From: Thermacetogenium sp. UBA4966
GTDB taxonomy: Bacteria > Bacillota > DSM-12270 > Thermacetogeniales > Thermacetogeniaceae
Length of the DNA: 64,000 nucleotides
Direction: 5' to 3'
Assembly: GCA_002397275.1 (NCBI GenBank)
Contig: DHAA01000113.1
Coordinates: forward strand, 4,694 to 68,693
The notes under the pieces are model-generated. The model was not told the origin of the DNA. It was given only the letters and a program-made list of their open reading frames with translations, and did not search any database. Below, piece after piece: positions 35,051 to 43,740 of this stretch (position 1 is the stretch's first letter; the number at the start of each line of letters is the position of its first letter). Made by a program: the position numbers and the translations under genes.

Positions 35051-35935
35051 ATGAACTATAATAAGGGAATTTTGCTTGTTCTAATTTCTGCGGTCTGTTA
35101 CGGCTTTATACCAATTTTTACTCTTTATGCCTATGAAGAAGGGGTCAGTACCCTTGACTTTTTATTTTACCGGTTTCTGGTGGCAACCGTCGTTTTTTTT
35201 CTCTATCTGCTGCTGCGCGGGATAAGGATCCGTCTCAACCGGGCCCAGGTTTTCCGGCTGTTTATCCTGGGGGGTGTGTTTAATCTGCTGCAGGCGATTT
35301 TTTTCGTTGCTGCAATCAAATACATCTCCGCGGGGCTGAACACTCTTTTGTTTTTTATACATCCTTTGCTGGTGGCGTTATTCTATTATTTCAGGGGAGA
35401 GAAGCTTTCTCGGGGAACGGCGGCGGCGATCTTTGTTTCTTTCGGAGGGCTGGCGCTGGTTCTCGGCGCTTCTCTGGGGATGGTAAACTCACTGGGAATT
35501 GTCCTCTCACTGAGCGCTGCTGTGTGCTATACAGCGTTTATTGTGCTGGGCAACAGGCTGGTCGAAGATATCGACCCGGTGGTGATGAGTACATTTATTT
35601 CCTTATTCACAGTTGTTTCTCTGTTTTTGCTGTCCGGTATTGATGGTGGATTGGGAACGCCGGCGACAGTCAAGGGGTGGCTGGCGGCTGCCGGGTGTGG
35701 GATTGTTACTTCCAACATCGCTCTTTTTACTTTTTTCGCAGGCATTACGTCTGTCGGCGCCACTACCGCTACGATTCTCTCTAATTTAGAACCGGTGACA
35801 GCCGTCGTTCTGTCTGCCCTGCTTTTTTCCCAGCGCCTGACCGGAATGCAGTGTTGGGGGGGAGCGCTCATCCTTGCCGGAGGCGCTGTCGCCGTGTTGT
35901 CCAAGAAGAATACGGCAGGCGAGGATTCGTCATGA
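35051..35935 (+). CDS. EamA/DMT-superfamily transporter
   Basis: 294 aa with about ten hydrophobic segments in a two-fold internal repeat typical of EamA. Confidence 0.75.
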   Translation: MNYNKGILLVLISAVCYGFIPIFTLYAYEEGVSTLDFLFYRFLVATVVFFLYLLLRGIRIRLNRAQVFRLFILGGVFNLLQAIFFVAAIKYISAGLNTLLFFIHPLLVALFYYFRGEKLSRGTAAAIFVSFGGLALVLGASLGMVNSLGIVLSLSAAVCYTAFIVLGNRLVEDIDPVVMSTFISLFTVVSLFLLSGIDGGLGTPATVKGWLAAAGCGIVTSNIALFTFFAGITSVGATTATILSNLEPVTAVVLSALLFSQRLTGMQCWGGALILAGGAVAVLSKKNTAGEDSS

Positions 35936-35988
35936 TATAATGCTGTCATAATAAATAATATAAAATGCATGCTCGAAGGGTGGTTATT

Positions 35989-36849
35989 TTGCGAGAGATC
36001 GCTGTTTCTTTGATCACGGATAAGGTCGCTCAGCTCTGCCGGGATGCTAATTTTGAACTACCCTCCGCCGTCCGGGAGGCGCTGGAAGAGGCGAAGGGTG
36101 TGGAGGAATCCCCCCAGGGCAGACGAATTCTGGGCGAGATATGTGAAAACGCCGCTATAGCTCGTGAAGAGCGGATTCCTCTCTGCCAGGATACGGGAAT
36201 GGTCTCTGTTTTTGTGGAGATCGGGCAGGATGTGCATGTCAGCGGCGGCTCGCTGAGCGAGGCGATTAACGCCGGCGTGGCCCGGGGGTATAAAGATGGA
36301 TATCTGCGCAAATCCATTGTTTCAGACCCTTTGTTTAGGGTGAACAGCGGGGACAATACCCCTGCCGTAATACACTATGACATTGTGCCGGGAGATGGTT
36401 TGCGCCTTACCGTGATGCCCAAGGGTTTCGGGAGCGAGAACTGCACGGCTCTGGGGATGCTCAAACCGGCAGACGGGCGGGACGGAGTGAAAAAATTTGT
36501 GGTGGGCGCGGTCGACAAAGCCGGACCCAACCCCTGCCCGCCCGTAATTGTAGGGGTGGGGATCGGGGGGAACGCGGAAAAAGCGCTGTTGCTGGCAAAG
36601 AAAGCATTGCTGCGCGACCCGCAAACACCTGCTGTAAATGCGGAGGATGCAAGGCTGGAGAGAGAACTGCTGGAGGCGGTCAACAAGCTGGGCTATGGCC
36701 CCGGAGGATTAGGGGGCAGGGTGACGGCGCTGGCCGTACATGTGGAAACATACCCCACACATATTGCCGGCCTTCCGGTGGCGGTTTGCCTTAATTGTCA
36801 CTCTACGCGGCATAAGACTTGGGAGTGGAGAGGTGAGGATGATGAGTAG
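35989..36849 (+). CDS. Class I (Fe-S) fumarate hydratase-type hydro-lyase alpha subunit; likely mesaconase in this context
   Basis: LCQDTGMVSVFVEIGQDVH and PPVIVGVGIGG blocks of the tartrate/fumarate Fe-S hydro-lyase alpha family. The start is TTG 35989 or ATG 35965. Confidence 0.8.
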   Translation: MREIAVSLITDKVAQLCRDANFELPSAVREALEEAKGVEESPQGRRILGEICENAAIAREERIPLCQDTGMVSVFVEIGQDVHVSGGSLSEAINAGVARGYKDGYLRKSIVSDPLFRVNSGDNTPAVIHYDIVPGDGLRLTVMPKGFGSENCTALGMLKPADGRDGVKKFVVGAVDKAGPNPCPPVIVGVGIGGNAEKALLLAKKALLRDPQTPAVNAEDARLERELLEAVNKLGYGPGGLGGRVTALAVHVETYPTHIAGLPVAVCLNCHSTRHKTWEWRGEDDE

Positions 36850-37411
36850 AGAACCGGCGGAACGGATAGAGGCGCCTTTTGCCGGGGGTGTGGCCGCAAG
36901 ACTGGTGACAGGCCAAAGGCTGCTTCTCAACGGTGTGCTCTACGGCGCCAGGGATGAGGCGCATCTACGCTTTACAGACGCCCTGGACAGAGGGGAAGAA
37001 CCCCCGGTGGACTTGCGCGGACAGGTGATCTATTATGTCGGTCCGACCTCGCCGCGGCCCGGGCGTCCCTGTGGCGCGGCAGGGCCGACCACCAGCGGGC
37101 GTATGGATAAATACACCCCGCGCATGTTGGAGTACGGGGTCTCTGCGGTCATCGGAAAAGGAAGAAGATCTCCGGAGGTGGCGGAGGCGATTCAAAAGCA
37201 GGGAGCGGTTTATCTGGCGGCGACAGGGGGAGCGGGAGCGCTGCTCGGGCGCTGCATTAAAGAGATGCATGCGGTCGCCTATCCGGAACTGGGGCCTGAG
37301 GCGGTCTACCGCATCACTGTTGAGGATTTTCCGGTGACCGTGGCTATTGACGGCAGAGGGGACGACATTTACAGAATAGGCCCTGCCCGCTACCGCATGG
37401 AATGCGAATAG
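36839..37411 (+). CDS. Class I fumarate hydratase-type hydro-lyase beta subunit
   Basis: GPTTSGRMD and GKG.R blocks of the beta (C-terminal) domain family. The start overlaps the alpha-subunit stop. Confidence 0.8.
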   Translation: MMSREPAERIEAPFAGGVAARLVTGQRLLLNGVLYGARDEAHLRFTDALDRGEEPPVDLRGQVIYYVGPTSPRPGRPCGAAGPTTSGRMDKYTPRMLEYGVSAVIGKGRRSPEVAEAIQKQGAVYLAATGGAGALLGRCIKEMHAVAYPELGPEAVYRITVEDFPVTVAIDGRGDDIYRIGPARYRMECE

Positions 37412-37435
37412 GGTGAGTTTTCGCCCCACCCTATC

Positions 37436-37612
37436 TACCCTGAAAGTAACGTTCTGCTATTTTCATCGGATGTCTACCATGTCGGTGGATTCCGCTTGCT
37501 CCCTATTATGACTATCTTCGCTGCGCCTGATGCCGTTACCCGGAACTCCATAATGGTCGCTTCACTGGAATCCAGCCGGACACTACCCCTGAAAGCAATG
37601 TTCTGCCGCGGC
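37436..37612 (-). repeat. Modular intergenic repeat, copy F (minimal 97-bp core, inverted orientation)
   Basis: The core at 37483..37579 runs from CGGTGGATTCCGCTTGCTCCCTATTATGAC to CATAATGGTCGCTTCACTGGAATCCAGCCGG. It is flanked on both sides by CTACC(C)CTGAAAG.AA.GTTCTGC. Confidence 0.88.
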
Positions 37613-37614
37613 GA

Positions 37615-39339
37615 TCATGGCCACTCCATACCCATTTCGTCGAGCTCTTTGTAGTTGAAATGAGCGAACAGGGGAGTCAAAGAGGCCATCTCCGCAAAGA
37701 TCTGCTCGGGATGCGGGTAATCCATCGGGTAACCCATCCTGGCGCTCAGGGCGGCGATGGTTTCCCAGTTGGCCTTGCCCGGAATCGGTTCGATCGCCTT
37801 GCGCACCCTCTGCAGGCGGCGCTTGTTATTGGTGAAGGTGCCGTCGGTTTCCGCAAAGCTGGCCGCGGGCAAAACCACATCCGCATATTCTGTGGTTTCT
37901 GTCGGGAAAAGGTCATGAAGCACAAGGAACTCCAGGTTGGAGAGCGCCGAGCGGATGTCCTCACTGTTAAGCTCCGAGAGCACGGGGTTTTCACCCATGA
38001 TGTACATCGCCTTGACGCTGCCCTGATTGGCCTGTTCAAACATCTCGGATACGGTCAGACCGGCTTCTCCGGGCAGGGAAGCCCCCCAGGCCTCCTTGAA
38101 TTTCGTGCGTATTTTTTTCTGTTCTACCCTCTGATAACCGGGCAGGGATCCGCTCAGAGCGCCCATGTCGCTTGCCCCCTGCAGGTTATTTTGGCAGCGA
38201 AGCGTGGCTATGCCCGTAAATTCGCCGACTGTTCCGCTGCAAAAGGCGTCCTCACGATACATGGCGCCATGGCAGGGGCTGGGGTAGTGGTCGATGTTGT
38301 TTGTGCCGATCACTGCCCGCACAAACTTCTGGAAAAGATAGATCTCTTCGTTGGTAAACCTGGTGGAACTTATAGCGGCAAAAGAATTTGGCCCGTATTG
38401 ATTCGTGATCTCTTGAAGGCGCGCAGCGGCAAAATCCAGGGCTTCATCCCAGGAGGCGGGGACAAGTTTGCCGTTTCGCCTGATGAGCGGTGTTGTCAGC
38501 CGCTTGTCGCTGTGGATGAAGTCACGGGTTGCAAAGCGGCCTCTGATGCACAGAGCGCGCCCATTGACTGCATTTTCAGGATTAGAGGTTACCCCTATGA
38601 CTTTGCCGTCCTTAACGCGCAGGTCAAAGGTGCATCCTGTGCCACAGAAGGTACAGGTGGTTTTTACCTTTTTTAAATTCCAGCGGCGGCCCTGGTTGAG
38701 CATTTGCTTCTCCGACAGGGCGCCGACCGGGCAGAAAGCCACGCAGTTGCCGCAGTAGATGCACTCTGATTCACTTAAAGGCGTATCGCCGAAAGGCGCC
38801 ACCCTGGTGTTGAAGCCGCGGTAGGAAAAATCGATGATGTTCTTTCCGGTGATCTCCGCACAGGCTCGGATACACCTGCCGCAGAGGATGCACTTGTTCA
38901 TGTCGCGGACGATAAAAGGGTTGTCCGCTTCTGTCTCGTACTGGTGTTTTTCACCCGTAAATGGACTCTTAATGACGCCGTAATCATAGCAGTATTTGGC
39001 CAGTACACATTCTCCCAGCTTTTCACAGGTGAGGCAATCCGTTGGATGGTTGGCAATCAGCAGTTCCAATACGGTTTTGCGTGCTTCGGTGACCACCGGT
39101 GTGTTGGTGCGCACCACCATGCCCTCTCTTGCTTCGGTGACGCAGGACGCGGGCAGATTGCGCATCCCTTCGATCTCCACTATACAAAGGCGACAGGCGC
39201 CTACCGAACTCAGATCCGGGTCATAGCAGAGCCTGGGGATATGAATCCCCATCGTTTGCGCCGCCTCTAAAACTGTGGTTCCTTGCGGAACCTGAACTTC
39301 ATTCCCGTCAATGATCAGCTTGACGAGTCCCACTTTCAT
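37615..39339 (-). pseudogene. fdhA: Remnant of NAD-linked formate dehydrogenase alpha subunit (internal deletion plus 3' truncation)
   Basis: The N-terminal 2Fe-2S and 4Fe-4S domains are intact. After GTNNIDH the catalytic Cys/Sec segment and much of the MopB domain are missing, and the sequence resumes at LRCQNNLQGASDMGAL. The ORF stops at ...MEWP, where full-length enzymes continue into the C-terminal molybdopterin dinucleotide-binding domain. The stop abuts repeat copy F. Confidence 0.7.
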
Positions 39340-39680
39340 CCCCCCTCAAAATTTTTGTTTTCGTACGCCCTGCCGGCTCAGCCGTCGCAGCCTCTGCCGC
39401 AGGGCAGGCCCCTCGCTTTTATAGGGATAATTCGCCGGTTCCTGCTAAAATTCCTTCCTTCTCCTATAGATTTGGCTGCGCGAACGAGGATTCACTGAGG
39501 CGGATTATATTTTATTCTCTTTCCGCCTTCGCCAACTGTCGAAAAAAATGATAAGATAAAGAGTAAGGATTCATTCTGACGGCAATAAGGCGTCAAGGTC
39601 AAATATGATCAGTGATTTCGGCGCCGGGAAATACCCCTGGCGATCTCATGGCCGGGGATAAGAAGGGAAGTAGTTGAAAA

Positions 39681-40424
39681 ATGGCTAAACATATCGCTCT
39701 TGCCGGCAAAGGGGGGACAGGCAAGACCACCATCGCCGCCCTCGTCATCAAAAACCTGATTGCCGGAAATAAGGGAAGGATTCTGGCTGTGGACGCGGAC
39801 CCCAACGCTACATTGAACGAGGCTTTAGGCGTGGAATTAACGTGTACCCTTGCCGAAATTATGGAGAATGTCAAAGAGAACAAAGAAGCCGATGACTCAG
39901 AACGGAAAGAGTACATCAAAACCAGGTTCAGCGAGGATGCCCTGATCAGAGCAGACGGTTATGACCTGTTGGTGATGGGCCCGTCACGGCAGGCGGGCTG
40001 CTATTGCTTTCCCAATGCCGTTTTGAAGAACAGCATTTTGGAGCTGGAGAACGATTACGACTACATGGTTATCGATAATGAAGCCGGGATGGAGCATATC
40101 AGCAGGGGAACTATTCAGGATGTGGACACCATGCTGGTCATTTCAGACGGTTCGGTCAAAGGGGTGCGTGCCGCCGGCAGGATAAAAAAACTGACGGAAA
40201 GTCTGAATTTCGACATTGGAGAGGCCTACCTGATCATAACCAAGGTTGACGGCACCTCTCTTCTCCAAGAGGAAATAGACGCCACAGGGTTGAAGCTGTT
40301 GGGGGTTATCCCCTATGATAAACAGCTGACGGAATATGACCTCTACGGGAAGCCTTTGCTCGCTCTGCCTGAGGACAGCCCGGCGGTCAAGGCCGTCAGG
40401 GAGATATGTGAAAAAATTTTTTAA
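39681..40424 (+). CDS. cooC: CooC-like (MinD/ParA-class) nickel-insertion ATPase
   Basis: Deviant Walker A GKGGTGKTT, DADPN, the CxC motif (GCYCFPN) and DNEAGMEHISRGT, as in CooC/AcsF. Confidence 0.75.
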   Translation: MAKHIALAGKGGTGKTTIAALVIKNLIAGNKGRILAVDADPNATLNEALGVELTCTLAEIMENVKENKEADDSERKEYIKTRFSEDALIRADGYDLLVMGPSRQAGCYCFPNAVLKNSILELENDYDYMVIDNEAGMEHISRGTIQDVDTMLVISDGSVKGVRAAGRIKKLTESLNFDIGEAYLIITKVDGTSLLQEEIDATGLKLLGVIPYDKQLTEYDLYGKPLLALPEDSPAVKAVREICEKIF

Positions 40425-40458
40425 TTCTTAAAAATTCACCGTTTAGTTATACAAGGGA

Positions 40459-41733
40459 TTGGAGTGCTGTTGGTTGCAGCTGATTGAATTATCTCCTCAT
40501 GACCGTCTGATAATTGATGCGCAGGCGCTGTTTACCGGCATTGATTCACGTTTTAAAAAAGATGTAAGCATATATATTGGGGATGGTAGGGTTCAGCTTA
40601 TTAAAAAACGGGCAAAAAACCATGAAGCTCATCAAAGGGAAGCGGCGGGCGACAGGAAAAACTGCCGGATTATCTCTTCCCACAGTTTGACGGTGATCCC
40701 GGGGCTGATCGACTGTCATGTTCACCTGGCCTTAGACGGTATGAGCGGACAACACCCGCATGAGGATGCCTTTAGTTTAGCGGAAAGGCTGCAGGGGAAC
40801 TTGGCCTCTACCCTTGCCTGCGGCATTGTCGCTGTTCGGGACGGCGGGGACCGGGGCGGCGCCGGACTTCTCTGCAGGGATCTGGTTAATGCAGCGGAGT
40901 TAACGGGGCCTGTGGTGATGGCTTCGGGGAAAGCCCTGCATAAGGCCGGCGGCTATGGTTCATTTTTAGGCGCCGGAATTTCTCCTGGGGAGGCGCCGGC
41001 AAAATTCATCAAAAGGCTGGCCAAAGAAGGCGTCGACCAGGTTAAGGCGCTTGTCTCCGGCATCGTCAGCTTTAAAGAATACGGCCGGGTCGGCGGCGTC
41101 CAATTCTCATTAGAGGAGCTGCGGCGGATCGTAAGGATAGCCGCTGATTATGGGCTCAAGGTAATGGCCCATGCCAGTTCGGAGCAGGCGGTGCGGTTGT
41201 GTATCGCCGCCGGGGTTCATTCCATTGAGCATGGTTACTTTATCAGTGAAAGTTCCCTGAAGGCAATGGCTGATCAGGGGATCGCCTGGGCGCCTACGGT
41301 TGTTCCGGTGGCGGTGCAGAGCCGTAGGGCAGATCAAACAGAAGCGGCGGTTATCGAGCGCACATACCGGCGCCAGCTTCGTATGATCAGGCTTGCGCAG
41401 CGGCTGGGGGTGATCCTGGGTGTGGGAACTGACGCCGGAGCCTCGGGTGTGCGGCATGGGGCCGGTTTTTGGCAGGAATTACAGCTTTACCGGGAAGCCG
41501 GGCTGACCGTCGAGGAGACACTGCTGGCCGCTACAAGAAATGGCGCCCGGATCATCGGCAGGGAAGAGAGTTTAGGCGTCATTGCCCCGGGCAGACCCGC
41601 GTTTCTGCTTATTGCGGAGGGGGATCCCCTTTCTCCACCGGGAAAACAAGTTCGTTTAAAATATCTTATTCGTCCCCGGCAAAGAAGAGCCGCCGCAGGT
41701 TCGTTTCAGTTCCGCGTAAACCAATCGTCCTAA
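40459..41733 (+). CDS. Amidohydrolase-superfamily metal-dependent hydrolase
   Basis: GLIDCHVHL, HSIEHG and GTDAG metal-ligand blocks. Substrate unknown and start uncertain. Confidence 0.75.
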   Translation: MECCWLQLIELSPHDRLIIDAQALFTGIDSRFKKDVSIYIGDGRVQLIKKRAKNHEAHQREAAGDRKNCRIISSHSLTVIPGLIDCHVHLALDGMSGQHPHEDAFSLAERLQGNLASTLACGIVAVRDGGDRGGAGLLCRDLVNAAELTGPVVMASGKALHKAGGYGSFLGAGISPGEAPAKFIKRLAKEGVDQVKALVSGIVSFKEYGRVGGVQFSLEELRRIVRIAADYGLKVMAHASSEQAVRLCIAAGVHSIEHGYFISESSLKAMADQGIAWAPTVVPVAVQSRRADQTEAAVIERTYRRQLRMIRLAQRLGVILGVGTDAGASGVRHGAGFWQELQLYREAGLTVEETLLAATRNGARIIGREESLGVIAPGRPAFLLIAEGDPLSPPGKQVRLKYLIRPRQRRAAAGSFQFRVNQSS

Positions 41734-41761
41734 CAATCCTCGCCGTTTTTCCTCTAAAACA

Positions 41762-42141
41762 TACCTTGGAAATAACGCTCTGCTATTTTCATCGGTGTTT
41801 ACTATGCCGCCGGATTCCGCTCGCTCCCTACTATTACTGGAAGTGAAGTTTGAAATTATAAGTTGGAATAGAAGTTTCCAACTTCTAATTTCCGGGCGGC
41901 TCTGCCGCTGTTCCTATTTCCGGCCTCCGACATCCTGCTTCCGACCTCCAAAATAGCCTGCAGCTTCGCTGTGCCTGATGCCGTTACCCGGAACTCCATA
42001 ATGGTCGCTTCGCTGGAATCCATCCGGTTTGACGCCACCTCCGAATAGACATCCATGCTGCTTGGCGGCGCCATTGCCAACGACCAACGACTAACCACTA
42101 ACGACTAACCATGTGGCACACGAAACATCCCCCCGCCACAT
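41762..42141 (-). repeat. Modular intergenic repeat, copy G (219-bp core with internal insertion, plus CA-rich module and conserved hairpin)
   Basis: The core lies at 41809..42027, the CA-rich CCAACGACCAACGACTAACCACTAACGACTAACC at 42077..42110, and the ATGTGGC..GCCACAT hairpin at 42111..42141. Confidence 0.88.
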
Positions 42142-42331
42142 TCCTGCAAGGTAGGATTTTTGGAAGCAGATGTCGAAGAAAAAAGCAGAAGCCGCCGCTA
42201 AACCGGGGGGGGTAAGAGGCGGCAGTCGCTCTGCAGAGGGCGTTAAGATCTGTGAAAAACCCAGGGGGAGGGCGATGGGGGCCGTGAAACCGGAAGAAAG
42301 GCCTGCGGATAGCTACCGGCAGGCGGTAAAG

Positions 42332-43204
42332 ATGAAAAGGCTGAATGAGAGAATACAGATTAAGCTGCGGGCTTACTGGGAACTGACAAAAAGCAAGCAG
42401 ACATTCCTTTTGCTGATCACCGGATGGGCGGGATACGCCTCGGCAGGGGGCCCGGCGACAGACTGGGCGACGCTGCTGTCGTTGCTGGGCAGCCTTTATT
42501 TGGCCGTCAGCGGCAGCACGGTGCTCAACATGTATGTGGACCGTGATATCGATGCCCGTATGCCCAGGACGATCAAGCGTCCGCTTCCTGCCGGGGTTTT
42601 GCGTCCGCGGGAAGCCCTGGCCTTCGGTTCGTTGATCTCCGTGCTCGGCGTGGCGTGGGCGTTTTCATTATCACCTTTGTTCGGCCTGGTTGTTGCTGCG
42701 GGTTTGTTTTTTCATGCTGTGATCTATACCATGTGGCTGAAAAGAATGACCCCTTTCTCCGTGATACCGGGAGGCGTTTCCGGAGGGATGCCTGTTCTGG
42801 CGGGGCGTGTTTTGGGGACGGGCAGTATTGATCTCATTGGGGCGCTTTTAGCTGTCGCTATTCTGCTGTGGATCCCTATCCATATCTTAACCTTTGCCAT
42901 GAGGTATTCCCGGGACTATGATCTGGCGGGGGTACCCACTTTCCCCGCAGTTTATGGGGAGAAACAGACACGGCTGGTTCTGGCAGGCTCAACTGTTTTA
43001 ACGGGGTTGGCCCTCATGCTGGCTGTCTTTTTAAATGGCGTACGCGGCCCGTATCTGTCGGCTTCTATCCTCTCCGTCGCTTTGCTCGTTGCTCTGGCGG
43101 TTTTCTGCTCTGCCTTTCCTACGCCAAAACGAAACTTCTTGCTGTTTAAAGCCGCCTCTATTTATATGCTGGCCTCTATGCTGCTGATTGGCCTGGCAGG
43201 ATAG
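42332..43204 (+). CDS. ctaB: Protoheme IX farnesyltransferase (heme O synthase), UbiA family
   Basis: NMYVDRDIDARMPRT..RPLP motif and nine-TM pattern. The ORF is open from 42170, but the basic, low-complexity N-terminal 54 aa are probably not translated (alternative ATG at 42275). Confidence 0.8.
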   Translation: MKRLNERIQIKLRAYWELTKSKQTFLLLITGWAGYASAGGPATDWATLLSLLGSLYLAVSGSTVLNMYVDRDIDARMPRTIKRPLPAGVLRPREALAFGSLISVLGVAWAFSLSPLFGLVVAAGLFFHAVIYTMWLKRMTPFSVIPGGVSGGMPVLAGRVLGTGSIDLIGALLAVAILLWIPIHILTFAMRYSRDYDLAGVPTFPAVYGEKQTRLVLAGSTVLTGLALMLAVFLNGVRGPYLSASILSVALLVALAVFCSAFPTPKRNFLLFKAASIYMLASMLLIGLAG

Positions 43205-43206
43205 GG

Positions 43207-43674
43207 TTATTGTTTATGGATCAGGATGCTATTGACCAGGTTTTCATCCGCGGTGACCCTGGTGTTTCCAACCTGAAAGACAAAGGTAGGGTATCTTTGA
43301 ATCATAGTTACCCTTTCACCGGGAAGGATCCCCAGGGCCATGATCTTATTCAGCGTTCCCTGGTCGCCGGTATCAATCTCGGAAATTACTGCTTCCTCCC
43401 CGTTGTTCAGCCGGGAAAGAGCTGCCGCAGTTGCTGCTCCTTGATGACCTTCTTCCTTACCCGGCTTTCCCGGACACGGCGCCTTGCTTTTCATTTCTCC
43501 TTTACCGGCCATGTTCCTGCGGCGCCGGAACCAACCGAACAGCCGGTTTTCTTTGGGAATATCAAAGCCGCAATTAGGACAGCGCACCTTGCTGCAGGTG
43601 TTATGCAGCGGGCAGGAGGCGCACCCCTGAGCTGTTGTTTCGTCGAATTCATAACCGCAAAAGCCGCATTTCAT
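43207..43674 (-). CDS. feoA: FeoA-domain protein with N-terminal Cys-rich zinc-ribbon-like extension
   Basis: The C-terminal ~75 aa form a FeoA SH3-like domain (ISEI....L...GILPGE.V). The N-terminus carries CGFCG, CASC and CPNCG motifs. Confidence 0.75.
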   Translation of the reverse strand: MKCGFCGYEFDETTAQGCASCPLHNTCSKVRCPNCGFDIPKENRLFGWFRRRRNMAGKGEMKSKAPCPGKPGKEEGHQGAATAAALSRLNNGEEAVISEIDTGDQGTLNKIMALGILPGERVTMIQRYPTFVFQVGNTRVTADENLVNSILIHKQ

Positions 43675-43688
43675 TTCCTCTCATCCTC

Positions 43689-43740
43689 TCTAACCACCAA
43701 CGACCAACGACTAACCACTAACCGCCATCTAACCGCCATC
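43689..43740. repeat. CA/GT-rich repeat module, copy H (between feoB and feoA)
   Basis: CTAACCACCAACGACCAACGACTAACCACTAACCGCCATCTAACCGCCATC is the reverse complement of the GT-rich module seen in copies A and C. Confidence 0.8.

Noticed and set aside
37660-38676. 338-aa plus-strand ORF
   Set aside because: It is antisense to the fdhA remnant, whose Fe-S and molybdopterin-domain motifs clearly define the coding strand.
39638-39653. Possible sigma-54 promoter TGGCGATCTCATGGCC upstream of cooC
   Set aside because: The GG-N10-GC spacing is right, but the -12 element reads TGGC rather than TTGC(A/T). No 7-5-7 upstream repeat is present, so the match is too weak.
42170-42331. N-terminal 54-aa extension of the heme O synthase ORF
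   Set aside because: It is a basic, low-complexity sequence (KKKAEAAAKPGGVRGGSR...) lying partly in repeat-derived DNA. Family members start near the MKRLNERI... position, so the extension is probably not translated.
14900-43740. CRISPR array or IS element as an explanation of the repeats
   Set aside because: The copies are dispersed between genes, occur in both orientations, have variable length and lack regular repeat-spacer periodicity. No cas, transposase or integrase ORF is present anywhere in the window.
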